A DNA stretch of 64,000 bases from Alphaproteobacteria bacterium (GTDB lineage Bacteria > Pseudomonadota > Alphaproteobacteria > UBA828): positions 672,001-736,000 of the forward strand of contig OZ243972.1 in the NCBI GenBank assembly GCA_965214705.1, given 5' to 3'. This document shows, one piece after another, positions 1 to 10,186 of this stretch. Made by a program: the position numbers and the translations under genes. Position 1 is the stretch's first letter. Each line of letters starts with the position of its first letter. The notes under the pieces were generated by a model. It saw nothing but the letters and a program-made list of their open reading frames with translations. It did no database searches and was not told where the DNA came from.

Positions 1-610
1 GCGCGATCCGGGCTGCGGCGACCGTGTCGCCGTCCTTCACAACGCAGGCGGCGACCGTGACCACCGAGGGCGTCGAGTACCGCCGCCGCGCGCACTTCAT
101 GCAGGCGGCGTCGCCCGCCGGCGCGTCGAGCTCGATCCGGGTCAACAGGCCGCTTTGGGGCGGCGCGCCGTCCGTCCAATCGGCGTAGAAGTCCTCGATG
201 GATTGTGTGGTCTCGCCGTCGGCGCTCGCGAAGACCAGCCGCGCGCCGAGGGCCAGCATTGCAGGCGCGAGGTCGCCGAAGGGCGCGCGGGCGAACAGGT
301 TGCCGCCGACCGTGGCCATGTTCTGCACTGCGGGCCCGCCGATCTCGCGGGTCGCGGCCTGGAGCGCCGGGATAGGCACGGCGTCGCGCAGCACGCTCAG
401 CGGGACCGCCGCACCGACCGACCAGCCGCCATCGCGCGATACCACCTTGTCGAGGCCGAGGCGGTCCACCCCGATCAGGTAGCCGCCATCCGACGGATAA
501 GTCTCGCGCATCAGGCTCGTGCCGCCTGCGAGGACCGCAGCCGCGGTGCCGTGGCGCGCGATCAGATCGGCCGCCTCGTCGATCGAGCCCGGCCGAAGAA
601 ACTCTGGCAT
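1..610 (-). CDS. FAD-binding subunit of a xanthine dehydrogenase/CO dehydrogenase-type molybdenum hydroxylase (CoxM/CutM-like); runs off the window edge
   Basis: Manual translation from ATG at 610: MPEFLRPGSIDEAADL...VLAGGTSL...IGGPAVQNMATVGGNL...GDLAPAMLALGA, which carries the AGGT and ATVGGN FAD-binding motifs. Confidence 0.85.
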   Translation of the reverse strand, partial: MPEFLRPGSIDEAADLIARHGTAAAVLAGGTSLMRETYPSDGGYLIGVDRLGLDKVVSRDGGWSVGAAVPLSVLRDAVPIPALQAATREIGGPAVQNMATVGGNLFARAPFGDLAPAMLALGARLVFASADGETTQSIEDFYADWTDGAPPQSGLLTRIELDAPAGDAACMKCARRRYSTPSVVTVAACVVKDGDTVAAARIA

Positions 611-804
611 GGACGTCCCCCCCTCCGTCCGTTACTGAAGCGCGGGCCGGATATTAGCCCGCCTGTCTCACCAAGGTCACGGCCTGCGTCGCGTCGCGCG
701 GAACGCGCGCGGAGCACGGAACGCGCGCAGGCGTTCGCTCCGGCCTTGCCGCGCCGCCGGCAAGGCGGCTATCGTCCGCCGCTCCATCGATAACGAGGCG
801 CGAT

Positions 805-2184
805 ATGGCAACGAGGCCCGACCCGGTCGTCCGGAATCTCGACCTGGAGAGTGCGTTGGACGAGGTCACGGCGCGCTACACGAGCGCCAATCCCGCAAGC
901 TGGGCGCAGTACGAGCGGGCGAAACAGAGTCTGCCCGGCGGCAACACGCGGACCGGCATGTTCTACACGCCTTTCCCACTCGCGATCGGGAAGGCGACCG
1001 GCGCGACGCTCACCGATGTCGACGGCCACACTTACACCGACTTCGTCGGCGATTTCTCCGCCGGTCTCTACGGCCATTCGCATCCCGTGATCCGCGAGGC
1101 CCTGATGGCGGCCCTCGATGATGGGATGGCCTACGGCTCGTCGAGCCCCTACGAGGAGCGGCTGGCGACGCTCGTCTGCGCCCGCTTCTCTTCCATCGAG
1201 CAGGTGCGGTTTACCAACTCGGGCACCGAGGCCAACACCATGGCGCTGGTCACCGCCCGCGCGGTCAGCGGCAAGGACCTGGTCATGGTGTTCGAAGGCG
1301 CCTATCACGGCGGCACCATCTACTTCGGCCGCAAAAGCGCGCCGATCAACATGCCCTTCCCCTTCCTCATCGCGCCCTACAACGACCCGGAGGAGGCGAC
1401 GCGCCTGATCGCTGAGAATGCGGACCGTCTCGCCTGTGTGCTGGCTGAGCCAATGCAGGGGGCGTCCGGTGCGATTCCGGGCGATGTGGACTTTCTGCGG
1501 GCGTTGCGCGAGGCCTGCACCGCCCACGGCGTGCTGCTGATCTTCGATGAGGTGATGACCTCCCGGGTCGCGCCCAACGGGCGCCAGGGGCAGCTCGGGA
1601 TCACCCCCGACTTGACGACGCTCGGCAAATACATCGGTGGCGGCATCTCCTGCGGCGCCTTCGGCGGCCCGGCCGAGATCATGTCGCGCTACGATCCGTC
1701 GAAGCCCGGCGCCTTCGTCCACCACGGCACCTTCAACAACAACGTGCTGATGCTCAGGGCTGGCGCCGCCGGGCTCGAGAAGGTCTTCACGCCGGAGGTG
1801 CAGGTCGCGCTCAGCCAGTCAGGCATTGCCTTGCGCGATGCCCTCAACGGCCTCGCTGCCAAGCACGGGGCGCCGTTTCAGGTTACCGGTCTCGGCTCGA
1901 TCATGACGATGCACTTCCAGAGCGAGCCTCTGCGCTCCATTCGCGACATCCAGCCCAGGGACGAGCGCCTGCGCCAGCTCCTGCATCTCTACCTGATCGA
2001 CAAGGGGTTCTTCACCACCCGGCGCGGCTACATGGCGCTCTCGCTGCTCATCACCGAGGCCGATTGCGCCGGCCTGATCCAGGCGATCGACGACTTCCTG
2101 GCCCACCACGGCCATCTGCTGGATGCTGTTCCGGAGAACGCTCCAGTCGACGTTTGGCCGGCGGCCGCCGGCGCCACCACTTAG
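805..2184 (+). CDS. Class III PLP aminotransferase (glutamate-1-semialdehyde aminomutase-like)
   Basis: Motifs RFTNSGTEAN, FEGAYHG, LIFDEVMT and DLTTLGKYIGGG (PLP lysine). Confidence 0.9.
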   Translation: MATRPDPVVRNLDLESALDEVTARYTSANPASWAQYERAKQSLPGGNTRTGMFYTPFPLAIGKATGATLTDVDGHTYTDFVGDFSAGLYGHSHPVIREALMAALDDGMAYGSSSPYEERLATLVCARFSSIEQVRFTNSGTEANTMALVTARAVSGKDLVMVFEGAYHGGTIYFGRKSAPINMPFPFLIAPYNDPEEATRLIAENADRLACVLAEPMQGASGAIPGDVDFLRALREACTAHGVLLIFDEVMTSRVAPNGRQGQLGITPDLTTLGKYIGGGISCGAFGGPAEIMSRYDPSKPGAFVHHGTFNNNVLMLRAGAAGLEKVFTPEVQVALSQSGIALRDALNGLAAKHGAPFQVTGLGSIMTMHFQSEPLRSIRDIQPRDERLRQLLHLYLIDKGFFTTRRGYMALSLLITEADCAGLIQAIDDFLAHHGHLLDAVPENAPVDVWPAAAGATT

Positions 2185-2197
2185 TGAGGGAGAACGA

Positions 2198-2596
2198 ATG
2201 AACGATAGTGAACGCCGCAATCTCGCGGTGATTACCGAGGTCTGCGACGCCTATAACCGGCACGACGTGGAGGGCATTGTCCGGCACTTCGCCGAGGACT
2301 CGTCCTGGCTGCTCTCGCGCGGCGTGCCGCCCGAGGGGGGGCGCGCAAGAGGGATAGACGAGATCCGCGCCATGGCGCACAAGCGCTTTCGTACCATCCC
2401 AGACATGTACTGGCACATTCGCAGCCACTGGGTCGGCGGCAACCGGGGCTGCTCCGAGTGGACCGTCACTGGCACCGAATCCAACGGCAACAAGATCAAC
2501 TGGCTCGGCTGCGACATCTGGGAGCTGAACGACGACGGCAAGGTCGTCACCAAGGACACCTACTGGAAGTTTGCGGGCGAGGAGCCGCCGGAATAG
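2198..2596 (+). CDS. SnoaL/NTF2-like protein
   Basis: DAYNRHDVEGIVRHFAED...SEWTVTGT...GCDIWEL..DGKV pattern; GAGGGAG RBS before ATG 2198. Confidence 0.8.
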   Translation: MNDSERRNLAVITEVCDAYNRHDVEGIVRHFAEDSSWLLSRGVPPEGGRARGIDEIRAMAHKRFRTIPDMYWHIRSHWVGGNRGCSEWTVTGTESNGNKINWLGCDIWELNDDGKVVTKDTYWKFAGEEPPE

Positions 2597-2671
2597 GCAC
2601 GGCGCCCTGTTGTTGACAGCGTTCCGACCGGCTCTGTAAACAGCAGGGCCGCGCCGGCGCGGGACACCGCC

Positions 2672-2764
2672 GGAGGGATGGCCGAGTGGTCGAAGGCGGC
2701 GGTTTGCTAAACCGTTGTACGGTGACAAGCCGTACCGTGGGTTCGAATCCCACTCCCTCCGCCA
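2672..2764 (+). tRNA. tRNA-Ser (anticodon GCT), integration site of the island
   Basis: GGAGGGA acceptor stem, D-loop GCCGAGTGGTCGAAGGC, anticodon arm GCGGT-TTGCTAA-ACCGT, long variable arm, GTTCGAATCC T-loop, encoded CCA. Confidence 0.97.
2739..2764 (+). repeat. attL core (3' end of tRNA-Ser)
   Basis: GGGTTCGAATCCCACTCCCTCCGCCA, identical to 55797..55822. Confidence 0.95.
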
Positions 2765-2904
2765 TCTCTCCTGCTCGACTGTATCCAGGAGGCGCCAAAA
2801 AACATCTTAGAGTCCGCAGCTTACCTCGACTTATGCCGTTGTCTGTTCCCACCGCTTTGTATATGTTCCCAACATTGGTGTTGGCATGAATGTGGGGATG
2901 GGAA

Positions 2905-4098
2905 GTGTCGAAACTGACAGCTGCGGGGATACGGAGCCTGAAGACGCCTGGCATGCACGGCGACGGAGCCGGGCTCTACCTCAAGATCTCACGCACCGGC
3001 GCCCGGTCGTGGATACAGCGCGTGGTGATCTCAGGGAAACGGCGAGACATCGGTCTGGGTCGGTTCCCGGATGTCGGCCTTGCCCAGGCACGCGATAGTG
3101 TAACGAACAACCGCAGGCTGATCGCGGCCGGCGGCGATCCGCTCGCCGAGAAGCGCAGGGTCGCCACCCCAACGTTTCGGGAGGCCGCCGAGCGCACGTA
3201 CGAAGCGAACAAGCCGCGCTGGCGCAACGGCAAGCACACGGTGGGCTGGTGGCAGTCGCTGGAGCGGCACGCCTTCCCGATCATCGGCGACTTGCCCGTT
3301 GACCAGATCGGCCGAGAGGACGTGCTGCGCATCCTTACACCAATTTGGCATGTACGCATGGAGACCGCGCGGCGCGTCAGGCAGCGCATCCGCACGATCC
3401 TCAAGTGGGCCATGGCTCACGGATATGTCGAGAACAACGTCGCGGGCGAGACGATCGACGGCGCGTTACCGCCCATGCCGAGGGTCAAGAACCATTTTCG
3501 AGCGATGCCTTACGGCGAGGTGCATGAGGTGATCGAGGCCGTAAGGGGATCGAGAGCCTCCCTGGCGTCCAAGTGGTGTCTCGAGTTCCTGATCCTGACA
3601 GCCGCGCGGTCAGGCGAGGCGCGCGGCGCTTGCTGGTCAGAGATGGATACGGACACCGCCACTTGGACCGTCCCGGCCGAGCGCATGAAGGCCAAGGTCG
3701 AGCACCGCGTACCGCTCTCGCCTCGCGCCATGGCAATCCTGGCGGAAGCCAAGTCCATCCAGCATTTCGCGAGCGACCTCGTGTTCCCGTCTCCTCTGCG
3801 GCCGGGCAAGTCGATGAGCGACATGACCCTGACCAAGCTGCTGCGCGATCTCGCATTCGCCGATCGCACCACAGTCCACGGATTCCGGTCGAGCTTCCGG
3901 GACTGGGCGGGCGAGTGCACAAACGCGCCGCACGCGGTCATGGAGCTCTGCTTGGCCCACGCGGTGGGCAGCGCCGTTGAGGCGGCCTATGCGCGGTCTA
4001 CGCTGCTTGAGAAGCGCCGCGCTCTTATGGAGCAATGGGCGGCCTACCTGGAGGGCGAGGAAGGACGCGTCGTGCCGATGGTGCGCCACCTTGGATAG
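2905..4098 (+). CDS. P4-like tyrosine integrase with N-terminal arm-binding domain
   Basis: HGDGAGLYL...RRDIGLGRFPDVGLAQAR arm domain; catalytic residues in ARSGE, RMK, HGFRSSFR, LAH and AAYAR; probable GTG start at 2905. Confidence 0.95.
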   Translation: MSKLTAAGIRSLKTPGMHGDGAGLYLKISRTGARSWIQRVVISGKRRDIGLGRFPDVGLAQARDSVTNNRRLIAAGGDPLAEKRRVATPTFREAAERTYEANKPRWRNGKHTVGWWQSLERHAFPIIGDLPVDQIGREDVLRILTPIWHVRMETARRVRQRIRTILKWAMAHGYVENNVAGETIDGALPPMPRVKNHFRAMPYGEVHEVIEAVRGSRASLASKWCLEFLILTAARSGEARGACWSEMDTDTATWTVPAERMKAKVEHRVPLSPRAMAILAEAKSIQHFASDLVFPSPLRPGKSMSDMTLTKLLRDLAFADRTTVHGFRSSFRDWAGECTNAPHAVMELCLAHAVGSAVEAAYARSTLLEKRRALMEQWAAYLEGEEGRVVPMVRHLG

Positions 4099-4180
4099 GC
4101 CACGTTGCCCCTGCCTGGAAGGGCGCTCTCCCCCTGTCCCTCCTCGCCTCCACGCCCTCGTCGATCAGGATGGCCCCTTC

Positions 4181-4936
4181 CTGATCGAACACAGCTTGGC
4201 GGACCTGAAGCAATACCTAAGTGAGAAAGATCGGATCGACCACTTCAAAGCGTGCCAAAGCTTGGTCGTTGATAATCCAAAACCTGATGACGGAGGGGAT
4301 GATGATCCAGAGTTTGATCGGGGCTGGAATGTAGCGGCCACTGAAGAGAAGCGCTTTAGTCCATTCTTGGAGCCTGCGTCGAGAGATAGAGAGGCAGCGG
4401 AGAAGATCGACTCTCGGCGCGAGTTGATGGCCAGGCACATCTTGAATGTCGAGGACGGAATGCTAGCCGGATTGACCTACCAAGACGCCATTGTGCGCTA
4501 CAAGGCTTTCGGCATGCTCGATGTCTACTACCGGTTTGGTGCATGTCTGCGATGCCGAAAGTGGGTGGAACAGGCCAAGATCGACCCGCGAGCCGACAGT
4601 TTATTGCGTCATCTCGTGGCTCTGATTGTCAGTTTGGGGGAGCCGATTCCGCCCAGTCTACGAAATTGGGCGGGTGCCGCACTGTTCACTGATCGTCTGG
4701 AGCGCCGACGGGGACCGAAACCGATGAAGTGGAGGCGCGACCAGAAGATTACTTTGGCAATCGATATCTTGACCAATCTGACAAACTCGAAACTGAAGGA
4801 TGCGCTGGAGATAGTTGCAGAGGCGTGTCGAAAGGAAGGCCTCATCGATGCGGACCCGGAGACCATCAAGAAAATACGGGACCGGGTGAGGAAGAAGGCG
4901 AAGAAGAGGGAGGCGAAGGCAGACGCGGTCTCCTAA
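4181..4936 (+). CDS. Hypothetical protein between integrase and AlpA (start uncertain)
   Basis: Open frame 3977..4936 overlaps the integrase, so the real start is probably later; basic C-terminus; position typical of P4-like islands. Confidence 0.5.
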   Translation: MIEHSLADLKQYLSEKDRIDHFKACQSLVVDNPKPDDGGDDDPEFDRGWNVAATEEKRFSPFLEPASRDREAAEKIDSRRELMARHILNVEDGMLAGLTYQDAIVRYKAFGMLDVYYRFGACLRCRKWVEQAKIDPRADSLLRHLVALIVSLGEPIPPSLRNWAGAALFTDRLERRRGPKPMKWRRDQKITLAIDILTNLTNSKLKDALEIVAEACRKEGLIDADPETIKKIRDRVRKKAKKREAKADAVS

Positions 4937-5024
4937 CAGGGACACAATTCCGCGAATTCTGTCTCTCGTGCGGGCAGCAATTATTACCTATTCCTGGGCA
5001 AGTTCGATGAACAGGAGCGGGCCC

Positions 5025-5270
5025 ATGGCCACAAATGGCACACCAGCAACCGACCTGATGGCGGACAGGCTGCTACGCCGGCCCGAGGTCGAGGAGATAA
5101 CCTGCATGAGCACCTCGCGACTCTACGCCGCAATGCGAGAGGGGCGCTTTCCGCTTCCAAAGCGTATCGGGCCTGGGTCAAACGGCGCAGTCGCGTGGCG
5201 CCTCTCCGACATCCAGAAGTGGCTGGCAGATCTCCCCGATGCGAAGCGCCAGCACGCGGGCAAGTCATGA
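5025..5270 (+). CDS. alpA: AlpA-family regulator/excisionase
   Basis: RLLRRPEVEEITCMSTSRLYAAMREGRFPLPKRIG...AVAWRLSDIQKWL. Confidence 0.9.
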   Translation: MATNGTPATDLMADRLLRRPEVEEITCMSTSRLYAAMREGRFPLPKRIGPGSNGAVAWRLSDIQKWLADLPDAKRQHAGKS

Positions 5271-5679
5271 TCCTATGGTTCGAAAAGGAACGCGCCCGCC
5301 TGGATGCAGGGTCCAGGACGGGCGCGGCGGATCTCATAATCGACACGAGACCGCAAATAACTTAGCCCGCACCCGCGGCGCTCGCAACAGCGCCACGGTC
5401 TACCCTGCCCGCAAGCCCGCATGCCCGACCTGCGGGACACCGCCGGCGACCAAGACTGTGCTCGAGGTGGGCGTCGAGCTGCAGGAGGTCCTGCCGAAGA
5501 CCAAGCACGGCGAGAGCGGCGGCAAGAAGCCTAGGAGCTCGGACGTCGAGCGCCGGATCCGCGAGGCGCGGCGGTCCCACGATCCCTGTGTGGAGATCGA
5601 GCGGATCCGCCACGAGCAGGGCTACCCTGAAGGCTGGTTCGAGCAGATCGCGGGCCTCTGCGGGATCTTGCCCCCGTGA
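5239..5679 (+). CDS. Hypothetical protein with a CxxC motif (start uncertain)
   Basis: CPTCG motif; stop overlaps the primase start (GTGA). Confidence 0.45.
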   Translation: MRSASTRASHDPMVRKGTRPPGCRVQDGRGGSHNRHETANNLARTRGARNSATVYPARKPACPTCGTPPATKTVLEVGVELQEVLPKTKHGESGGKKPRSSDVERRIREARRSHDPCVEIERIRHEQGYPEGWFEQIAGLCGILPP

Positions 5680-8132
5680 AGACGTTGCTCGACTACCTCC
5701 GCGAGGACGGCATCGAGCCGCGCAAGGAAGGCAGCCGGTGGGTGGCGCTCTGTCCCTTCCACCAAGAGAAGACCCCATCCTTCAGCATCGATCTCGAGAA
5801 GGGGAAAGGAGGCCTCTACAAGTGCTTTGGCTGTGGCGAGGGGGGTGATTGCGTCACCTACCTCGAGAAGGCCCGTAAACTCACTAAGAAGGCGGCCCTT
5901 CGCTTGCACAAAGGGTCGCCTTCTAATGGGGCACAACCGAGCCGTGAAGGCCTCGACCGCTCCCCGGATCACAAGGCCAACGCCAAGCCTAAACAACCTC
6001 CGTTCGTTACCGAGCTGCCCCGGAACGCGCTCGCGATTTGGGATTACGTGGACGCTGAAGGCCGGCTCAAGTTCAAAATCGCGAAGCTCCCGCCGGGCCC
6101 CGACGGCAAAAGGAGGTTCTGGCCCTACACGCGCGGCAAGAAGGGGAACAAACGCGGCTGGATCATCAAGAACCTCATGAAGAAGGATCGCCCGCTCTAC
6201 CTTCTGCCCCGGCTCCTAAAGGCCCCCAAGGGCCAGCAGGTCATCGTCGTCGAGGGCGAGAAGTGCGTCCACGCGACGCTCGAGGCGTTTCCGAAAGCCT
6301 GCGTCACCACTTGGTCACACGGCACCCAATCATGGCGGCTCACCGATTTCTCGCCGATCTACGGCCGCAAGGTCCTGCTCGTCTCGGACGCCGACGAGAC
6401 CGGGCGCGAGGCGATGACTGGAATCGTTCAACTTCTCGTGAAGCACGAGTGCAAGGTGCGCGTCGCGCTCCCCCTCGGCGAAAGCGGTGACGACATTGCC
6501 GACGAGTTCGAGAAGGGCGGCACCGAAGGCGCCGCCAACTGGCTCAAGGGCCTGGCGAAGGACTACGAGCCGCCGAAGCTCCAAGTCGCAGTTACACCGG
6601 GCTCGGGCGAAGCCGCGGACACGCCGGGTGCCGGCGGTACCGCAGACACGCCGGATGAGCGCGCGGCCCCAAACGCGCCGGACTCACCGGACGCAGGCGA
6701 AGCCACAGATACGACGGATATAGCAGACAGCACGGACTGGACTAAAGATCTCCTTAAGCGAGCGGAGAATGACCCCGGCGCTCCGTTCGAGCCGGAAATC
6801 GTAGAGAAGATAAGGAAACTTAAGCACACCAACATGGCCTCGTGGATGCGCCTTAGAGCCAGTCTGCGGTTCAAGGCTAAGGTGCCTGTCGGAGAGCTTG
6901 ACAGAGAACTGAAAAAGAGGAGCCAAGATCTGGAACTCCTAGCCTCGCGAGGGCAGACATTGGAGTGGCCGGAGGATGAGCTCTGGCACGACAAAGTAAA
7001 CGGTGACGAATTGCTAGGTGAACTGGCCGCACAGTTCAAATTCCATGTCGACATGTCGGAGGCGCAGGCCGATACCGCGGCACTATGGGTCATGTATTCG
7101 TGGTCACATAATCAATGGGAAATATCGACCTTCCTGAACATCACAAGCGCGACAAAGCGGTGCGGCAAGTCCCTGTTGGTGGAGGTGATTGAGGAATTCG
7201 CAATTCGCCCGCTGAACTTAAGCGGGCACACAACATCGGCAGCTCTATTCCGTACGATCGAGCAGCATCGGCCAACAATTCTTCTCGACGAGGCCGATAC
7301 GTACCTTAGAGAAGATGAAAACTTGCGTGGCCTAATCAATGGCTCTCAACGCCTAAAGGGCGCTCAAGCATTGCGCATGGTCAAACTGGGAGACATTTGG
7401 CAACCAGCTTGCTTTGCCACATACTGCCCCAAGGTCATCGTCGGAATCGGCACTGTTCCCGGTACAATACTTGATCGCTCAATCGTGATTGAGCTGGAAC
7501 GTCGCACGTCGGGCGCCAAGAATATGCCGTTCTGGGGGGACCGCAATAAGGAAGAGACGCAAGCCATCCGGCGGAAAATGGCCCGATGGACGAATGACAA
7601 TGGCGCGTCGCTGGCTAAACCACGGCGTGATGTGGTCTTCCCGCCCGGCCTCCACGACCGGGCCCGCGACGCTTGGGCACCGTTGCATTCGATCGCCGAA
7701 TGCGCAGGCGGAGAGTGGGCCGAGACAAACGGTCGCGCGTGGAGAGCCTGCATGGCCATCACGGCTGCTACCATCGATGAGACGGACATAGCAGAAATAC
7801 TGCTGGCCGATATGCGGCAGGTGTTTTACGAAGCAGCGGATCCGCCGCATCTGCCAACCGGCAAACCTGACGCTGCTTACGACAATTTTAGTCCCGCCAT
7901 CCTCCCGGCACTAATCGCAATGGAGGGGCACCCTTGGTCGGAATATTCACGCAATCGGCCACTATCTCCGCGTGGTCTGGCGAAGCTGCTCAAGCGCTTC
8001 AAGATCACGCCGTGCACGATCCGGCTCGAGGCGGGTGCAACGCCGAAGGGATACAAGCTCGAATCGTTCGTGCCGGTTTGGAAGCGCTACGACATTGGCA
8101 AGCCCGAGGACCCTCCCGATCCTATGGGCTGA
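5676..8132 (+). CDS. Satellite-type primase/replication protein: CHC2 zinc finger, Toprim and DUF3631-like C-terminal region
   Basis: CPFHQEKTPSF...CFGCG; VVEGEKC...SDADETG...GDDIAD; ATKRCGKS P-loop-like motif, LLDEAD, DRARDAW. Confidence 0.88.
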   Translation: MKTLLDYLREDGIEPRKEGSRWVALCPFHQEKTPSFSIDLEKGKGGLYKCFGCGEGGDCVTYLEKARKLTKKAALRLHKGSPSNGAQPSREGLDRSPDHKANAKPKQPPFVTELPRNALAIWDYVDAEGRLKFKIAKLPPGPDGKRRFWPYTRGKKGNKRGWIIKNLMKKDRPLYLLPRLLKAPKGQQVIVVEGEKCVHATLEAFPKACVTTWSHGTQSWRLTDFSPIYGRKVLLVSDADETGREAMTGIVQLLVKHECKVRVALPLGESGDDIADEFEKGGTEGAANWLKGLAKDYEPPKLQVAVTPGSGEAADTPGAGGTADTPDERAAPNAPDSPDAGEATDTTDIADSTDWTKDLLKRAENDPGAPFEPEIVEKIRKLKHTNMASWMRLRASLRFKAKVPVGELDRELKKRSQDLELLASRGQTLEWPEDELWHDKVNGDELLGELAAQFKFHVDMSEAQADTAALWVMYSWSHNQWEISTFLNITSATKRCGKSLLVEVIEEFAIRPLNLSGHTTSAALFRTIEQHRPTILLDEADTYLREDENLRGLINGSQRLKGAQALRMVKLGDIWQPACFATYCPKVIVGIGTVPGTILDRSIVIELERRTSGAKNMPFWGDRNKEETQAIRRKMARWTNDNGASLAKPRRDVVFPPGLHDRARDAWAPLHSIAECAGGEWAETNGRAWRACMAITAATIDETDIAEILLADMRQVFYEAADPPHLPTGKPDAAYDNFSPAILPALIAMEGHPWSEYSRNRPLSPRGLAKLLKRFKITPCTIRLEAGATPKGYKLESFVPVWKRYDIGKPEDPPDPMG

Positions 8133-8178
8133 CACTCCTACGTACTCGATCCATCAGTGTCGAATACGGCAAACTCGT

Positions 8179-9075
8179 CTACGCTCGTTTCGTTATCGTC
8201 TCCGCCAGCGAGGCCTGCACGCCGCCGAGGTCCAGTTCGCCGTCCTTGTCCGGGCTGACCGCTTCGAACCGCGTGAACCCGAGCAACGAGACGACCTCGC
8301 GCAGCCGGTGCACCAGTACCAGCTTGTCGACGGTGCCGAGCAGTCCGTCCTCGCCGGAGTCCCGGGACCCACGCTCCGGCGTCTCGGCGTGAAATGTGGA
8401 CCGTGGATCGTCCTCGCCGATTCGTGCATCGCCGTTGTCGAGGATTTCGAACTCGGCGGCCTCGATGGGGATGTCCTGCCGTTCCCCGCTTCCTGCCTGG
8501 CGCGTGAATTCCGAGATCACTATATCGTCGGCAACATCTTCGAAGGCCGCATCGAGCTCCGGTATCCTGCGGAAGTTCTCCAGCATCCCCAGATCGTCGG
8601 CCGCCTTGAGCCGTTCGTAGTGTCTCGATACCTTCGCGGCCAGCGCGGCATCGAACTCCGGCAGAGAGATGACGCGCATCGTCTGCGGGAAGTAGGCATC
8701 GCTCGCCGTGCGCACCAGAAGCCGATACGGCTCGCCGCAGGCTTCCCGGGCATACAGACCGATCCACGGCCGCTTCCCCTCGTAATGGCCGAGCGCCCCG
8801 GTGCCGGGGCTGGATGCTTCGTAGAGCGAACGTTCCTCGCCGCATTCGTACACGCCGAAGGTGTCGCCGATGTCCGCGCCGGTGCCGCACTCTTCCAACC
8901 ACAGCGGCTATTCGCAGGTCCTGCCGCTCGAATGAACGAACACCCTCCAATCGAGATCGTCGATGTGGCCCTTGCAGCAGCCGCATACGAAGCGCACCGG
9001 GACCACCGGCCAGGGCTTGCCGTCCTCGTCCCGGAACCGGCGCTTGTCCAGGTGCTCCCATCGCACCAGACTTCG
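8179..9075 (-). pseudogene. drmB: Internal fragment of DISARM DrmB-like (DUF1998-associated) protein with an in-frame stop at ~8908
   Basis: PVRFVCGCCKGHIDDLDWRVFVH, RLLVRTASDAYFPQTMRVISLP and LVHRLREVVSLLGFTRFEA are DrmB-like; both termini missing. Confidence 0.72.
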
Positions 9076-9329
9076 GTGGCGCCATTGCGGGTCGCGCCAC
9101 GGGATGCCGCGCAGATCGACGGGGTCGAGCAGCAGCGCCCGGACATCGACGTACCCGCGGTTGGCGGCCGCAGCGACCTGCCTGGCGATTATCGATTTGG
9201 CCGCGTCGGGCGGCCCCCAGACTAAATGGTCGGCTGGCGGGCCTAGACCAGGAGAGCGAAGACGTCGGCGAGCTCGCTCGGGCGCAGTGTGTAGTCGGCG
9301 GAGATGGTCTCGGGAAGGGTCATCGGCAT
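9076..9329 (-). pseudogene. Degraded N-terminus of an AAA (MoxR/AAA_5-like) ATPase
   Basis: YTLRPSEL...*...VWGPPDAAKS (decayed Walker A)...DVRALLLDPVDLRGIP, with stops and a frameshift. Confidence 0.6.
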
Positions 9330-9499
9330 GCTCCGGATGGCAGGGAGGCGGCGCGGGCTCCCACCGGGTGCCCAACCGTCACCGGGACCTCAGCGGCCCT
9401 CTGCTCGTTGTGCTGCGGGGGCTTGTAGCCGGCACGCCATGCGGAGAGCCGGCGCCGGGCTGGCGTGTGCGGGCAGGCGCTGACCGGGCTGGCCAGGTT

Positions 9500-9800
9500 T
9501 TCGAAATCGCCGCCGGCGACCGGGGGAACGCCCGTCACCTCTGGAAGCGGCAGGAGCGTTGGCGACAGCGTGTGGCCGATGCGTCGCTCAAGCGCCGCGT
9601 AGGTGTGGTAGAGGTCGCGACGGAGGTTGGCCGCCCGGCGCAAATCGGCGCGTGATGCCAGGATGCAGAAGCTGCAACTCAGCCTCGACATGCCGGCGGA
9701 GTATCGATAGCCCTTTCTGCCGTGTGCCCCGGAGGTGGTGAAGGCGTCCGATTGCCGGCGTGGCGGCCAATGCCTGCCGAAGGCACCGCGGTCGCCGTCC
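9500..9800 (-). pseudogene. C-terminal fragment of a PAPS-reductase-family protein
   Basis: YSAGMSRLSCSFCILASRADLRRAA...LERRIGHT. Confidence 0.6.
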
Positions 9801-9913
9801 GAGCCCGTCGCGCGGCAAATGAATTGAGAGATGGGCCGTGCGGATGCTACAGCTTGCGCCGTGCTCGCCACGGAACGGCCAGTTCAACACTAGCCGGCGA
9901 TGGAGATGTCCGC

Positions 9914-10177
9914 ATGATCGACGAAGCCGCCTTGACGAAAGGCCAGCTCCGAAAGCTGAATGCCCTGCGCAAGTCTGTCGGCCCTGCCATTGCCGACGAG
10001 GCATTTTCGAAATGGCTCGAACAGTCTGTCGGAGCGCCGAAGACGGACGAAAATGCCGAAATCATCTCCAATGCCTTGTGGGACATGATCCAGGAAGGCA
10101 GGCTTTCGATCCGACGCGGCGGTTATGTCGTTCGGCGGGGCCGGGGGCGCGTGATCGTCGAGCCCCGCGAGAACTGA
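9914..10177 (+). CDS. Small hypothetical protein, possibly DNA-binding
   Basis: GGAG RBS; MIDEAALTKGQLRKLNALRKSVG...RRGRGRVIVE; directly upstream of the HU gene. Confidence 0.65.
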   Translation: MIDEAALTKGQLRKLNALRKSVGPAIADEAFSKWLEQSVGAPKTDENAEIISNALWDMIQEGRLSIRRGGYVVRRGRGRVIVEPREN

Positions 10178-10186
10178 CGGCCCGGA

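Noticed and set aside
6600-6740. Short repeats in the primase as an iteron or CRISPR-like array
   Set aside because: They are degenerate in-frame 9-bp units encoding an Ala/Asp/Thr/Pro linker.
2765-8132. Complete prophage
   Set aside because: No structural, packaging or lysis genes anywhere in the island.
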